DNA from: a virus
IMG/VR virus record: IMGVR_UViG_3300041964_000087
Span: 5,753-69,752 of that record
Strand: one strand, 5' to 3'
Length of the DNA stretch: 64,000 bases
Shown here: positions 44,433 through 53,155 of the stretch, piece by piece
How positions within the stretch are numbered: position 1 is the first letter of the stretch
How the letters are laid out: each line of letters starts with the position of its first letter
Position numbers and translations under genes: made by a program
Notes under the pieces: generated by a model
Databases searched by the model: none
Told to the model about the DNA's origin: nothing
Seen by the model: the letters and a program-made list of their open reading frames with translations, nothing else

Positions 44433-45870
44433 TCAATAAAACCCCTAATGCGTAGTGAAAATGCTCTTTATCTTTTTGGTAAAGTTCTCGCATCAGTCGA
44501 GGCGAGGCGAAATGTTCTACACCAACTGAAATCACCTCTGTATGCCCTTCCTTGTAAATTTTACCGACATAAGGATGAATGTATCTTCCGGGTAACGCTT
44601 TTTCGTCCTCATTGTAACTATTGTCATTCATTAACTCCCTTAAGGGAGCGGGAGTTAATGAGGTTGCTTTACTTTCTCTAAAAGCAACAGCGGAGCGTTG
44701 AAATGCTGTCGATTCAATTTCAATATGATGTGCTATTTCATGCAACTCATCATGTTTCTTGGGATTTATCCCTACATCAATTAACCCGATTTCAGCGATC
44801 GTATAACCTCTGTCACTCTCACTGATTATTTTCTTGACATTTGTAAATCCCTTGCCGCCTGTCAAAACACAAAGCTCTTCTAAATCTGCTTCAATACTTT
44901 TTTTGCGGCTGGCATCAATGGAAGATGTGTCAATCCTTCCAATAATCTCTTTAGCGGATTTAGGGGTAATACTGGATTCACTTTTTATCTTGTCTCTTAA
45001 TCGAGTAAACTCTTTTTCATCCTTGGACAAACGCTTATCAGCTTCAGCTAAATAAGCTTTCTCTTTGTCTACAAACTTAACCGCAACTTTCTTAAATTCT
45101 TGCTCCGACGCTCCCGATTCGGCTAACCCCCTCATTTGCCCCTGTAAACCCACCACTTCTTCAAGAAGCTTTGTTTCTTTCCGGGACGCTGGAGTAGTTT
45201 TTAAATCAAATTTAGTTGTAAATTCTTCACCTCTAGCGGCTAAAACCTTGTGATTAGAGCGCACAGAATTACTCGATTCTTTCTCTAAATCTTTAAGAGA
45301 AATGTCTTTTTTTGCTCCAGTCAACGGTAATTTTTCTCTTGAATCGTCAAGAGCTTTTTGAACCTTCGTTTCCCGTCGCTTCTTAGCGAGGCTAGTATCC
45401 ACCCGCCCTTTGTTGCGTAGCGCTTTATCATGTGTTTTCTTCTCCTCTGAAGTCATAGCTTGGCGGCAAGTCTCCCCGCTTTTTAAGCATCTGCCACCAC
45501 ATGGAGCAATTTTGCACTTAAAAGTCTTAGCGTCTCGTTTCCCTTTAGCGAAGTCCTCCACTCCCTCGGAGAACTTTTCAATATCATCAGCATTAAGAGG
45601 CTTGAACTGAACTTCGTTACCACCAAAAACAAAGCTGAAGCGTTTGGTTAGGCGTGGATTAACGTACTGCTGGAATTCGCCCTTAAAGTTGCCTTCGTCA
45701 TCCAGGGTGACATTAACAAATTTCGTGATTCGACCCCGTAGCCGTTTCTCGTAAACGCTGGCGATTAAATTAATAGTTTCTTTATCTGTTACTGATTCTT
45801 CAAAATTCAAGACTAAATCTCGGAAAGTTCGCCCCAATTCACTAAACGCGATCGCCTCTTTAGTCAGCAT
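44422..45870 (-). CDS. MLT..AIA family paralog 5 with C-terminal HExxH zinc metallopeptidase
   Basis: LHEIAHHIE..PYVGKIY..TEVISVGVE. Confidence 0.82.
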   Translation of the reverse strand: MLTKEAIAFSELGRTFRDLVLNFEESVTDKETINLIASVYEKRLRGRITKFVNVTLDDEGNFKGEFQQYVNPRLTKRFSFVFGGNEVQFKPLNADDIEKFSEGVEDFAKGKRDAKTFKCKIAPCGGRCLKSGETCRQAMTSEEKKTHDKALRNKGRVDTSLAKKRRETKVQKALDDSREKLPLTGAKKDISLKDLEKESSNSVRSNHKVLAARGEEFTTKFDLKTTPASRKETKLLEEVVGLQGQMRGLAESGASEQEFKKVAVKFVDKEKAYLAEADKRLSKDEKEFTRLRDKIKSESSITPKSAKEIIGRIDTSSIDASRKKSIEADLEELCVLTGGKGFTNVKKIISESDRGYTIAEIGLIDVGINPKKHDELHEIAHHIEIESTAFQRSAVAFRESKATSLTPAPLRELMNDNSYNEDEKALPGRYIHPYVGKIYKEGHTEVISVGVEHFASPRLMRELYQKDKEHFHYALGVLLNAD

Positions 45871-45882
45871 TTAACATTCCCA

Positions 45883-45911
45883 TTGACATATTTAAGCCAG
45901 TGGCTTATATT
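45883..45911 (+). promoter_or_regulatory. Sigma70 promoter with operator TAAGCCA-G-TGGCTTA
   Basis: TTGACA-17-TATATT; same architecture as 9546. Confidence 0.75.
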
Positions 45912-45974
45912 AATAAATAAGAGGGCAACCACTACACCGCCCAATCCCAACCACCCGCCACAAAGGTTAAACAA

Positions 45975-46154
45975 ATGCAATTCTCCACCTCCACACAACA
46001 AGCCATCAACTCTTACCAAGCTCAACTCAATACTGCCATCGACAATAACAGTGTTACCCCTGAATTCTCGGAACAGCTTCTTGATTGGCTCAGTGAACAG
46101 ATTATTGACTTCGACGAGTACGAGCAAGCGTGTATGTCTTTGGGTCTAGCTTAG
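45975..46154 (+). CDS. Small acidic protein (59 aa, absent from ORF track)
   Basis: MQFSTSTQQAINSYQAQLNTAIDNNSVTPEFSEQLLDWLSEQIIDFDEYEQACMSLGLA; AAAGG RBS, promoter upstream, hairpins downstream. Confidence 0.65.
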   Translation: MQFSTSTQQAINSYQAQLNTAIDNNSVTPEFSEQLLDWLSEQIIDFDEYEQACMSLGLA

Positions 46155-46177
46155 TCCCCCCCAAAGGGGATTGTTTT

Positions 46178-46207
46178 TGAATTTAGGAGCGATCGCTCCT
46201 AAATTCA
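46178..46207. terminator. Perfect 30-bp palindrome centred on HIP1, between convergent ORFs
   Basis: TGAATTTAGGAGCGA|TCGCTCCTAAATTCA. Confidence 0.5.
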
Positions 46208-46294
46208 TGTAGTACTCTCGACCATCCCAATACTAATCAGATCGATGGTTTTGCCGTCTTCTATAAATTCTGTGTCTATGAAGTAACGAATAAT
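46205..46294 (-). pseudogene. N-terminal remnant of DEDDh 3'-5' exoribonuclease (Rv2179c-like)
   Basis: IIRYFIDTEFIEDGKTIDLISIGMVE then stop; GAAGGAG RBS. Confidence 0.7.
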
Positions 46295-46329
46295 GGTAAC
46301 TCCTTCAAATACGCAGTCGCTGCGGTTTT

Positions 46330-47781
46330 CTAATCGACTTTTACACGGTTCACAGTTCCACCAACATGATAATGGCGAACTGTTGATATCTCGCCATACG
46401 CACCGCTCAGGGCATCGGTTACATCATTAATAAGAGGTTGAGAAGTTCCGTCAAAACCGTGAACAGCGTCTAAAAACATCTGGTTCCACGCTCCTCTTAA
46501 TAGTTTGACATTCCCTCGCTTCACTTCACCAGCGATGGGTTTAGCACGGGTGAGTTTGTCTCCCAGTGGTTTCACGCCACGGGCATCGTAACCGGATAGA
46601 CGCGATCGCAAGTTCGCTTCAACCTTCAACCCTGCACTTCCCCCTTCCAATTCCCACCTGACTGGAACCTTCCGACCATCGTGTTGAGCTGTGGCAACAA
46701 TCAAATCATCCCCTTCTGCGGGTCCAACTTGGTCAGCAATCAGGTGGACAACATAATAATCAGAGCCGAAGCGTCCCAGATGCAAGCCAGCGGTGTAAAA
46801 AGAGTCGGCGTTGAACTCGCGTGCAGTAGCTGCCATATCCCAGAAGCGAACTTGAGCGTTGAACGTTGGAAGATCTTCTTCTTTTACTATCTCGAACAAG
46901 GTACGGTCAAACACCTTACCGCCACCCTTCACATCTAGCGGCTCACACCCCAGCTCTTCATCAGCACCAATCCCGTAATCCTTGTAAAGCTGGTTGTACC
47001 AAGCGAACTCCTTTTCAAGCGTCCATTCTTCGCCACTGACAAGGGAAATTCTTTTGTATAAGCCGTCCGCGATCGCGTCTGCCAGCGTCGTTCTGTGGAG
47101 GCTGTAGCCAAGCTTGCGTGAGCGAACTTCTTCACAGAGCTTGTTGAATGGATTGTTTACCCCGTTGTGGGTTGAGATATATCGTATCTGCCCATTCCAC
47201 ATGGTTAGTGCCATCGCCGCTTTGCGTACTTCGTCTAAGTCTTGCAAAAAGGCACATTCGTCAACAACCACACTACCTTGCTTACCTCGTAAACTTGATG
47301 GACGTGAACTGAGTGCAGCGACCTTAAAGCCAGAGGCAAAGCGAACCCGGAAAACCAGGATATCTTCGTCTTCATCCTTGATAACCGTCTGCTCAATCTG
47401 CGTTGCGGCTAACTGGTAAGCTTTCGCCCAGTAAGAAACGTTCTCTATATAGTCAAGAGTCATTTCTTTATTTATTGCCAAATAATAGGTATCGTTGCCA
47501 TTAATGCGTGCAGCATCAAGAGCCGATTTTGCCGCATCCGCCCAAGTAGCACCAATCCGTCTACTCTTCTCCCACACCATCACTTGACTGGTATCAGAAA
47601 ACCATCGCGCTTGATAAGGCATCAATAACGGTGGTAAGCGTCGAAATAACCCTTCCTCGATCTGACTGGATTTAGGCGCTGGCAATCGTTGAGCCGAACT
47701 CGATTCAATGAGTTTGAGTCTCAGCCTGGGTGGTAGCAGTTGGGAAGGTGGGAGCATGGGTGTCAGTACCAGAATCTTCAA
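46330..47781 (-). CDS. Terminase large subunit
   Basis: MPYQARW..EKSRRIGATW (Walker A), VVVDECAF (Walker B), ISTHNG, RFWDMAAT, DVTDALSGA. Confidence 0.95.
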   Translation of the reverse strand: MKILVLTPMLPPSQLLPPRLRLKLIESSSAQRLPAPKSSQIEEGLFRRLPPLLMPYQARWFSDTSQVMVWEKSRRIGATWADAAKSALDAARINGNDTYYLAINKEMTLDYIENVSYWAKAYQLAATQIEQTVIKDEDEDILVFRVRFASGFKVAALSSRPSSLRGKQGSVVVDECAFLQDLDEVRKAAMALTMWNGQIRYISTHNGVNNPFNKLCEEVRSRKLGYSLHRTTLADAIADGLYKRISLVSGEEWTLEKEFAWYNQLYKDYGIGADEELGCEPLDVKGGGKVFDRTLFEIVKEEDLPTFNAQVRFWDMAATAREFNADSFYTAGLHLGRFGSDYYVVHLIADQVGPAEGDDLIVATAQHDGRKVPVRWELEGGSAGLKVEANLRSRLSGYDARGVKPLGDKLTRAKPIAGEVKRGNVKLLRGAWNQMFLDAVHGFDGTSQPLINDVTDALSGAYGEISTVRHYHVGGTVNRVKVD

Positions 47782-48370
47782 CGCCTAAGAGCTTCATCTT
47801 AATCAGTTCTGCTGCCTCATCAGACAATCCCAACTCTTCCAGTCCAACCTCTCTATCAATAGTGGGGTCAACAATCTGGTAGCCTTGACGCTGCAAGAAT
47901 GCGATCGCCTTGGGTACATTCTCCCACTCTAAACCCGCCGCTGTCCGTTCTCCATTAATCGCCCGTTCTAGAGAGAGCATCATAAAGTTGATATTGCTGG
48001 CACGGATGCTCTTAAGCTCAGCCTCTAGCCGTTCTGGGATGTCTTTCACTTCGTCAATTCGTCTGTTGAGGAAAGCAAAGTAGGTGTCTACAACTCGTCT
48101 GGCTGACTGGTAACTATCGAGGTGCTGAACGGTTAGATTAGAAGTGCGATCGCTTATATTCTCAATCGCCTTGTGGTCACCCCTCACCCTTGCCTCTCCC
48201 TGAAATTCCCGTCTCTGTTCAGACCACTTGGGAACATCAAATCGTGACCAATCTTCCAATGTTTTTCGGCTATTCCCTGAATCACTCGCTAGCTGTCGCA
48301 GACTGATTTGAGAACCCCGCACGTAGCGATCGCGGCATTCTTCTTTAGTCCAAGGAGTCGGGGAGGTCAT
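47705..48370 (-). CDS. Terminase small subunit (putative)
   Basis: N-terminal HTH (YVRG..SLRQLA..TLEDWS..W..RREF); precedes large subunit. Confidence 0.7.
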   Translation of the reverse strand: MTSPTPWTKEECRDRYVRGSQISLRQLASDSGNSRKTLEDWSRFDVPKWSEQRREFQGEARVRGDHKAIENISDRTSNLTVQHLDSYQSARRVVDTYFAFLNRRIDEVKDIPERLEAELKSIRASNINFMMLSLERAINGERTAAGLEWENVPKAIAFLQRQGYQIVDPTIDREVGLEELGLSDEAAELIKMKLLGVEDSGTDTHAPTFPTATTQAETQTH

Positions 48371-48390
48371 ACAATATTATCTATATCTAT

Positions 48391-48612
48391 ATGAAGCTTA
48401 ACAAAACTCAGCTTGACCGCTACAGCACATTATTTGGATTGATAGCCGCGATCGCAACTGTTCTGACCACCCAAGAAGTGATTCCCAAAAAGTGGGGTGG
48501 CAGTATCAGTGGGGTAGCGATCGCGTTGGTTGGTTACTTGACTCAGCGGCCCGCTGATTCTTCCCCAACAACCGAGGATGCAGAGGATTTGGCGACAAGG
48601 GAAAACCAATGA
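48391..48612 (+). CDS. Holin-like two-TM protein
   Basis: Two hydrophobic segments, charged C-terminus, 73 aa. Confidence 0.55.
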   Translation: MKLNKTQLDRYSTLFGLIAAIATVLTTQEVIPKKWGGSISGVAIALVGYLTQRPADSSPTTEDAEDLATRENQ

Positions 48613-48896
48613 CAGCAATTGGTTTTTATGCGCCTCCCAAACGTCGAACTCCATGCTGCGGAAACTGCCAGCACTGGAGCAAAGAGCAAGATAGTAGATC
48701 TATCGTTGAAGTCCCAATGGGAGACGAAGACAAATTTGCCCATTTAGAAGGGTGGTGCCAAATCACATCTTTAGGGAAAGCTTTTCGCACCGAAGAAGTT
48801 ATATCAAAAGCGATCGCTTTTGATGTCGATGGTTACGACTCTTGCTTAAAAACTACAGAGGATTTTTACTGCAATCAATACCGTCTCCTACAGTGA
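48609..48896 (+). CDS. Cys-containing hypothetical protein
   Basis: CGNCQHW..GWC..T..DFYC; ATGA coupling. Confidence 0.6.
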   Translation: MTAIGFYAPPKRRTPCCGNCQHWSKEQDSRSIVEVPMGDEDKFAHLEGWCQITSLGKAFRTEEVISKAIAFDVDGYDSCLKTTEDFYCNQYRLLQ

Positions 48897-48955
48897 GTGA
48901 AATAATAGCCAGATTAGTCTTATATTACAGACCTTTTCAATTGAATTGGGTGGAG

Positions 48956-49366
48956 ATGAAACAGGTAAACCTAACACTGCCTGTAGTCCGAATTGGCAGA
49001 GCCAAAGACTGTGAACTGTGTATGGATTTTATAACAGGCAAAACAGGAGCAGCAATCAGCCGCTATCATGCAACGCTCATCAAGTGGCAAGACCAAACGG
49101 ACTACCAGATCAGGGACGGTAAACCGGGAGACGCGACCATCGCAACCCCTGATCCACCGTCCCAACCCAGTGGCCTCGGAACCTGGTTGAACGCCCGCAA
49201 ACTGGAAGAGGGAGAAAAAGTAATCCTCAAGGATAAGGATGAAGTCTCCCTAATTAAAGGCACCGTAAAATTCGTATATCTCCGTCCTCAAAACAAAGTC
49301 AGCGACTCGCTCCCATTAAACGATGACACCTACATCCCCCCCGAACTCTACGCCGACGACGAGTGA
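48956..49366 (+). CDS. FHA domain protein
   Basis: IGR..ISRYHA..IRDG..S..GTWLN..LKDKD; GGAG before ATG. Confidence 0.85.
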   Translation: MKQVNLTLPVVRIGRAKDCELCMDFITGKTGAAISRYHATLIKWQDQTDYQIRDGKPGDATIATPDPPSQPSGLGTWLNARKLEEGEKVILKDKDEVSLIKGTVKFVYLRPQNKVSDSLPLNDDTYIPPELYADDE

Positions 49367-50030
49367 AGCGACACCCCTACCATCGCTTAAGAAAGGACGG
49401 AGAAAAGAGGCAGCAAGCACAGCGATCGCATTCATCAGGATTGGCTTAATTGTCGGCGTGGGATTGATCTGTTTCCAGTGGGCAGACAGGCGCTACAAGG
49501 TAAGCGAGAAAATCCAAAAAGTTGATACCGAGGTATGGGTAGGTGTTGCGGTGACGGCACTTACTACTTACTGGCAGTGGTACAGCGAAAAGGAGAAAAA
49601 GAAGCTAGAGAAAGCGCAGGAAAAGATGATAAACAACGCCGCCTCGATTAGAACTGTTTCCCAGGAATTTGAAACGCTGGTCAAACGCTTAGAGGGAAGA
49701 ATCGATTCACTGATGCTCCAACAAGCCTCACTCAAGGCATCGCTGACAGAGACAAGTGAAATCATTAAGGCGATGGAAAAGTGCGATCGCTTGCTTGATG
49801 AGAAGGTTGACAACTACCGCTATGAGGTTCTTCAGGAGCGCTTTTCTCTGTTGCAGAGCTTCTATGAAGAGATTCGCTCTATACATGGTCAGGTGGCATA
49901 TCTCAAAGGGCAGAAAGAGGCGTCGAGTCAGGCGGAATCACTGAAGCGCTTACAAGTGGCACTCAATAGCGTTTCAAATAAGATTGAGACGCTAGAGGCG
50001 ACAAAGGTAATTGAACAGACCCAGAAGTAA
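49323..50030 (+). CDS. Membrane protein with coiled-coil C-terminus
   Basis: Two hydrophobic segments followed by heptad-rich region. Confidence 0.65.
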   Translation: MTPTSPPNSTPTTSEATPLPSLKKGRRKEAASTAIAFIRIGLIVGVGLICFQWADRRYKVSEKIQKVDTEVWVGVAVTALTTYWQWYSEKEKKKLEKAQEKMINNAASIRTVSQEFETLVKRLEGRIDSLMLQQASLKASLTETSEIIKAMEKCDRLLDEKVDNYRYEVLQERFSLLQSFYEEIRSIHGQVAYLKGQKEASSQAESLKRLQVALNSVSNKIETLEATKVIEQTQK

Positions 50031-50100
50031 AACCGATGGCTCGTCAGTTGACTCGGCATTCCACACGCATCCAAAATTGCGGTCATTACAGGCGTGAGAT

Positions 50101-50343
50101 ATGTTCATAATTCAAATTCACGCATATCCCCGATATGGGTACTGCACAGCCATTCGCACTTCTCTTCATGAAGCGATCGCACTTCGAGAAGACTTGGCAA
50201 AACTGGGATACCTTGGGCTTACAATCACCGAGGTTTGCAAAGATGGCAGCGTTCGATATCACTTACCAGGGATTGAACATGGTGACCCGATGGGGCTGTA
50301 CAAGGAATTATTGGGTGTGGAGTATCCCGGAGCAGTTAGTTGA
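50101..50343 (+). CDS. Hypothetical protein
   Basis: 80-aa ORF. Confidence 0.45.
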   Translation: MFIIQIHAYPRYGYCTAIRTSLHEAIALREDLAKLGYLGLTITEVCKDGSVRYHLPGIEHGDPMGLYKELLGVEYPGAVS

Positions 50344-50380
50344 TTGCGGGAAACAGGACAAATTCGCAGTCACTGCGAAT

Positions 50381-50911
50381 TTACCGTTTGCGAAACTCTG
50401 ATGGCAGCATGACTTCTTCGCTCCATATCCCTAGCTTCTGCCGTTTTGCTTCCGCTTCTGCCTCCAGTAATACATCCTTGTCGCAACCTATCTTCATGTA
50501 ATCACGGTACACAAAGGCTAATCCCTCGCTAACCAGCCGTGTTGCCCAGTCCGAACCATCCCCAAACCTAACTGAAGCAATGTTTCTCCCATACCTATCG
50601 GTGTCTACTGGGGTGACAACAATAGTAGAACTAGTGTTTGCTAGCAGGTTACTAATTCTTGCTTGAGCTAAACGACCCCATTTGAATTGGGTTTGCGCGA
50701 TCGCATCACCTGTCTCTGTTTCCCGCCTTGAGTGGGGAACTTCTGGGGCATCAATGCAGGCGATTCGCACATCAGCGATTAAGCCGTTATCCACTACGGC
50801 TGTATCGCCATCATTTAACCGCACGATTTTTGCTGGGGTGGGTGCTGTTGCAGTGGCGGTAATGGGGAGTAGGGTGGCGATTAGGGCAAGGAAAGCTAAG
50901 TGTTTCTTCAT
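50381..50911 (-). CDS. Secreted thermonuclease (SNase family)
   Basis: Signal peptide; DGDT..VRIACIDAPE..DRYGR..GLA..EAEAKRQKLGIW. Confidence 0.93.
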   Translation of the reverse strand: MKKHLAFLALIATLLPITATATAPTPAKIVRLNDGDTAVVDNGLIADVRIACIDAPEVPHSRRETETGDAIAQTQFKWGRLAQARISNLLANTSSTIVVTPVDTDRYGRNIASVRFGDGSDWATRLVSEGLAFVYRDYMKIGCDKDVLLEAEAEAKRQKLGIWSEEVMLPSEFRKR

Positions 50912-51029
50912 GGTTGGTTTGTGGGGGTTCTTTCGCTTAGGGTTCCCAAGTAGCTTGAAGACTGAACTCCTTCAGAGCGATCTGCCGTAAGGCGGCAGCG
51001 GCAACGCTCTCGCGTCCTTATGAAACAGA

Positions 51030-51356
51030 TTATTCGTTTTGCACTGCCTTTAAAGCTTTGAGGTTGATTGTGTTTGAATAGTGCCTGACCCACCAGACAA
51101 ACTCGTATTCCAATGAATCATTATCAATAAGTCCTGATTCATCCAGACAGCGGCTAGCAAGGTCAGTATCCTTCTCCTTGCTAGCCTTAACTTTGCCATT
51201 GGGAGCAATCACTTCCCAATCAAGACACCAGCCGTCAGCAGTGACGTACTTGGTGTAGTTGAACCGCCAGCGGTTGCGCCGCCAGTCAGATGCCTCAATG
51301 TAGGAATCCCAGGTTTGCTGAACTGGTGCTGGTACTTGATTGGGAACGGCTACCAT
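51030..51356 (-). CDS. Hypothetical protein
   Basis: 108-aa ORF coupled to upstream gene. Confidence 0.55.
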   Translation of the reverse strand: MVAVPNQVPAPVQQTWDSYIEASDWRRNRWRFNYTKYVTADGWCLDWEVIAPNGKVKASKEKDTDLASRCLDESGLIDNDSLEYEFVWWVRHYSNTINLKALKAVQNE

Positions 51357-52603
51357 TACTTACCCCTAATTGCTTGCTGAATAAAACGTCTCCACGCTGG
51401 CTCTTTCTTGCCACTGGCATCCCGTTGGGTGATGTGCAGGTGAGCAGCACCTATACCAGTCGCACCGCTTCTCATTTCTTTAGTTGCCTCATCGCAGTGA
51501 CTGAGGTGAAGGTAGTCAAAAGACTTTTGTTCAGAGGGAACGTCAAAGCTAGCGACAGTGCCACCACCATTCTTATCCTTCCAGCAACGGAAGTTCTTAG
51601 CTTCGCCAATGGGGTAAACTTCTGTTCCTTCTGGTAGGTCAAGGTCTGTACCTTTGTGGAACCTGCTGGCACCAGGTATCCCGGTATTGCGGCGACCCCA
51701 CGGGGAAGTAACGGTGTAGCCTGCAATCTGCTCACCCTTAGCAGGGGTAGACTTGTCAGGCGATTCTAGAGGATTGGCTACGCTCTTTAGTTCACGTTGG
51801 TATTTGCGCCAAACTGACTTGGTGTAATCAGAGATTGAAGGATAAGGGTGACCGTTGTAGAACTGCGGCTTGGTATTGTTCCACAAACGCGATCGCCCTG
51901 AATACCAAATTGACGCAACCCTTCTCACCCGTTCCTCTTCCGTGGCTGCTGACGCTTGAGAATTCCAAGCCTTCTCTAACTGGAACTTGATGGTTTTGAT
52001 TTGGAGCTTAGGAGAGTTTAAAAATTCCCTGGCACTGAGCGAGTAGCCTAGCGCTTCCATCGTCCACGAGGAGACATTAGCTGGCATGACCTGCCCATAG
52101 CCTAAAGCACCACTATGAGGGTTGACAATGTTGAACTTACCACCTGACTCTTGACCAATGATTGCCCGCATCAGTGCGGTAATCTTATCAACCTGTTGAG
52201 CGACGGGCTTAGACTGGACACGCTCTGAATTAGAAGCGGACACATTCTGAACTGCCTCTACCCGTGGCTGGACTATGTGCGGAGAGGGTGAGGACTCAGG
52301 CTGAACAGCAGTCCCACTAAAAGTACTGATGGAGATACCGACAACAGCAGCTAGCGTAATGAGCTGTAGCACTACCTCGTTGTATCGACCAGCAGACTTA
52401 AGTGAACTCGCCCTGGATTGCACCAGGACAGCCAGTTCATTGAAAGCGGACTGGGTCTGAACACAGTCTGAACTGAACCTGACCAGATCGTGGAAGGAGG
52501 CTAGCTTTTGCTCAACCTCCTGAACTTGGCTGAGGAGATGGCAAGACTTCGGGCTGAACGGTTGGTGAGTTAGCTGGCGTTGACGGGTTAGTGTTGCGAC
52601 CAT
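51356..52603 (-). CDS. Membrane-anchored lytic transglycosylase (SLT-like) + M23 peptidase
   Basis: TM helix; AIIGQESGG..GALGYGQVMP; TSPWGRR..HKGTDL..YLHL..AHLH. Confidence 0.85.
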   Translation of the reverse strand: MVATLTRQRQLTHQPFSPKSCHLLSQVQEVEQKLASFHDLVRFSSDCVQTQSAFNELAVLVQSRASSLKSAGRYNEVVLQLITLAAVVGISISTFSGTAVQPESSPSPHIVQPRVEAVQNVSASNSERVQSKPVAQQVDKITALMRAIIGQESGGKFNIVNPHSGALGYGQVMPANVSSWTMEALGYSLSAREFLNSPKLQIKTIKFQLEKAWNSQASAATEEERVRRVASIWYSGRSRLWNNTKPQFYNGHPYPSISDYTKSVWRKYQRELKSVANPLESPDKSTPAKGEQIAGYTVTSPWGRRNTGIPGASRFHKGTDLDLPEGTEVYPIGEAKNFRCWKDKNGGGTVASFDVPSEQKSFDYLHLSHCDEATKEMRSGATGIGAAHLHITQRDASGKKEPAWRRFIQQAIRGK

Positions 52604-53093
52604 TGGCTTGATTAAAGATAATGACAGCGGCGAGACAGAGAGTAGCGATACCGAGGTAGGGGAGAGCCGATTTAAGCTGTATCCAGGTGAGAGGAATGAC
52701 TAGGTTCTTAACGTAGGCTTCTAGTTCCTGATTGCGTTTAACCAGTTGGCGGTTACGGTCAAAGACTTTTTGCTGTTGCTCAACCTCAGCTTGGGTTTTG
52801 GATAAAGAGCTAATGCCCTGCTGGACAATCAAGCCTTCCATTGCTAAGAGCTTGACGTGAGTTAGTTCCTCATTAACCTCAGCGGCTATCTCACTACCTG
52901 ACTCGGCAGCAGCAGCTATCTGTTCTTGGTCGAGGTTGTTCTGCTGTTTGAACAGCTCAAGCCTGTCTAGAATGTCTACGGGAATCTTGAGGCTTCTTAG
53001 GACTTCATTGCCTGTGCGGTTATAGAAGCGGTTGAACTTACGAGATGGTTGGTAATCGTCGTCCGGGTCTGGTTCAATGGTTGTTCGCGTCAT
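52512..53093 (-). CDS. Coiled-coil protein with C-terminal TM helix
   Basis: YLGIATLCLAAVIIF. Confidence 0.6.
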   Translation of the reverse strand: MTRTTIEPDPDDDYQPSRKFNRFYNRTGNEVLRSLKIPVDILDRLELFKQQNNLDQEQIAAAAESGSEIAAEVNEELTHVKLLAMEGLIVQQGISSLSKTQAEVEQQQKVFDRNRQLVKRNQELEAYVKNLVIPLTWIQLKSALPYLGIATLCLAAVIIFNQANGRNTNPSTPANSPTVQPEVLPSPQPSSGG

Positions 53094-53155
53094 GTCCGGT
53101 AGTAGCTAAATGACTCCACACCCCCAGCCCAATTGGACTGGGAAGGTGCAACCAA

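Noticed and set aside
2567-48370. Tailocin or extracellular contractile injection system
   Set aside because: Terminase, portal, protease and capsid genes are all present, so this is a phage
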